Shown in pieces: positions 63,098 through 64,000 of a DNA stretch of 64,000 bases. The notes beneath the pieces were generated by a model. The model made no database searches. It was not told where the DNA came from and saw only the letters and a program-made list of their open reading frames with translations. Origin of the DNA: an uncultured Desulfosarcina sp. (GTDB taxonomy: Bacteria; Desulfobacterota; Desulfobacteria; Desulfobacterales; Desulfosarcinaceae). The stretch is from assembly GCA_963674945.2 (NCBI GenBank), contig CAXXWQ010000001.1, positions 160,001 to 224,000 of the forward strand. Reading direction: 5' to 3'. The first letter of the stretch is position 1. Each line of letters opens with the position of its first letter. The position numbers and the translations under genes were made by a program.

Positions 63098-64000
63098 GGA
63101 TCAATCATCCATTCGGGCATCCAGATGCCCACCGGTTTTCCGGCCTTTTCACTGAAATAGGTGGCCACTTGACGGGTGCGATTGCGTCTGGCGATGATTT
63201 TCGTTGCTTCGTTGTCTTCTGCGATGACGGAAAAGATCTTGCGATCTTTGGCCCGCTCGGTCAGGCCGGCGAGCAGACCGGTTCCGAGGCCAAGCCCCCG
63301 GTACTCTGGCCTCACCGAGGTGTATCCCCGCTCCAGATAATCGGTAAGATCCAGCCCTGATTGTTGTCGAACCCGATCGATATACTGAGATCTGGGATTC
63401 TTGAGGCTGGAGTTGGCAACGATGACTCCCTTTTCCATGACATACCCAATGAGATGGGCCCTCTCCAGGTTGGCGCGGACATGGGTGGTGGCCACCGTTC
63501 CGCCGGCGGCCACCATGTTGCAGATTTCGTCCAGATAACCTGCGGGAAGTTGGTGCGGCGGTTCGAAATGGTAGCGAAGATCCGTTCCGACGGTATAGAG
63601 ATGCTCGCCGTCTTCATCGACACGCATTCGCAGGAGCCGGTCTTTGTTCAACTGGTCGACGAGCAGAAACCGCTGCACGGGATCACTGGCGATCTGCCAC
63701 AGGGGCCGGCCGGGAAGGGGGCGGACCTGGGTGTAGGCCATGTTTCGGATCTCTTCGTGCCCGACGGGTCGGGTCGTCTCCCAACTGTGAAGAATATTGG
63801 GCTGGGTTACCGCGGCTTGCAGGGCCTTTTTGCCATGCGTTTCATCATCCAGTACCAGATGGTTCCATACCCCGGCACCGGAAAACGCCTTGAAATAACC
63901 AAGATCGGGAAGTGGCCGTCCGCCCTGATGCCACTGGATCTGAACGACGGTGTTGCTTTTTTTTTTGCCCCGAACCCAATCGAACGCGCCACGTCCGTCA
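63094..64000 (-). CDS. C-terminal part of a larger protein ending in a GNAT domain (5' end outside the window)
   Basis: Frame is open to the window edge by hand translation; VRPEYRGLGLG acetyl-CoA motif, DNEA. Confidence 0.75.
   Translation of the reverse strand, partial: DGRGAFDWVRGKKKSNTVVQIQWHQGGRPLPDLGYFKAFSGAGVWNHLVLDDETHGKKALQAAVTQPNILHSWETTRPVGHEEIRNMAYTQVRPLPGRPLWQIASDPVQRFLLVDQLNKDRLLRMRVDEDGEHLYTVGTDLRYHFEPPHQLPAGYLDEICNMVAAGGTVATTHVRANLERAHLIGYVMEKGVIVANSSLKNPRSQYIDRVRQQSGLDLTDYLERGYTSVRPEYRGLGLGTGLLAGLTERAKDRKIFSVIAEDNEATKIIARRNRTRQVATYFSEKAGKPVGIWMPEWMIDP

Noticed and set aside
63957..63966. T10 tract as a phase-variation site
   Set aside because: It encodes in-frame KKK and the frame is open; no evidence of slippage

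Overview
About 64 kb of mostly housekeeping and envelope genes. Gene content and repeats suggest a sulfate-reducing Desulfobacterota (Desulfosarcina/Desulfobacterales-like); this is an inference. The window opens with the mercury-methylation pair hgcA (3' end) and hgcB, split by a 141-bp inverted-repeat element with a 6-bp target duplication. Next come surE/NUDIX, a KamA-type radical SAM gene, a BHMT-like methyltransferase, rmlBACD, a B12 radical SAM gene and a degenerate sigma54-activator-like regulator. Then aroB, a GTDC1/QTMAN-like glycosyltransferase, a sulfatase, ppi-pepA, an OmpA protein, an unusually large GlmS-like protein, a KdnA-like transaminase, a PBP, metG-PSP1-holB, IHF/HU, UpxY and lptD. 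These are followed by a second surE, yhaM, tmk, a cysteine synthase::CysRS fusion, ferredoxin, ogt and a decayed HsdR/zeta-like remnant. The window ends with an S8 protease/AsmA pair and a coupled GNAT-RimK-PP-loop-like operon. Intergenic DNA carries at least four families of non-autonomous palindromic repeats, two sharing an inner core and one showing compensatory changes. No tRNA, rRNA, CRISPR array or intact transposase was recognised. All family assignments come from motifs read by eye, not database searches.
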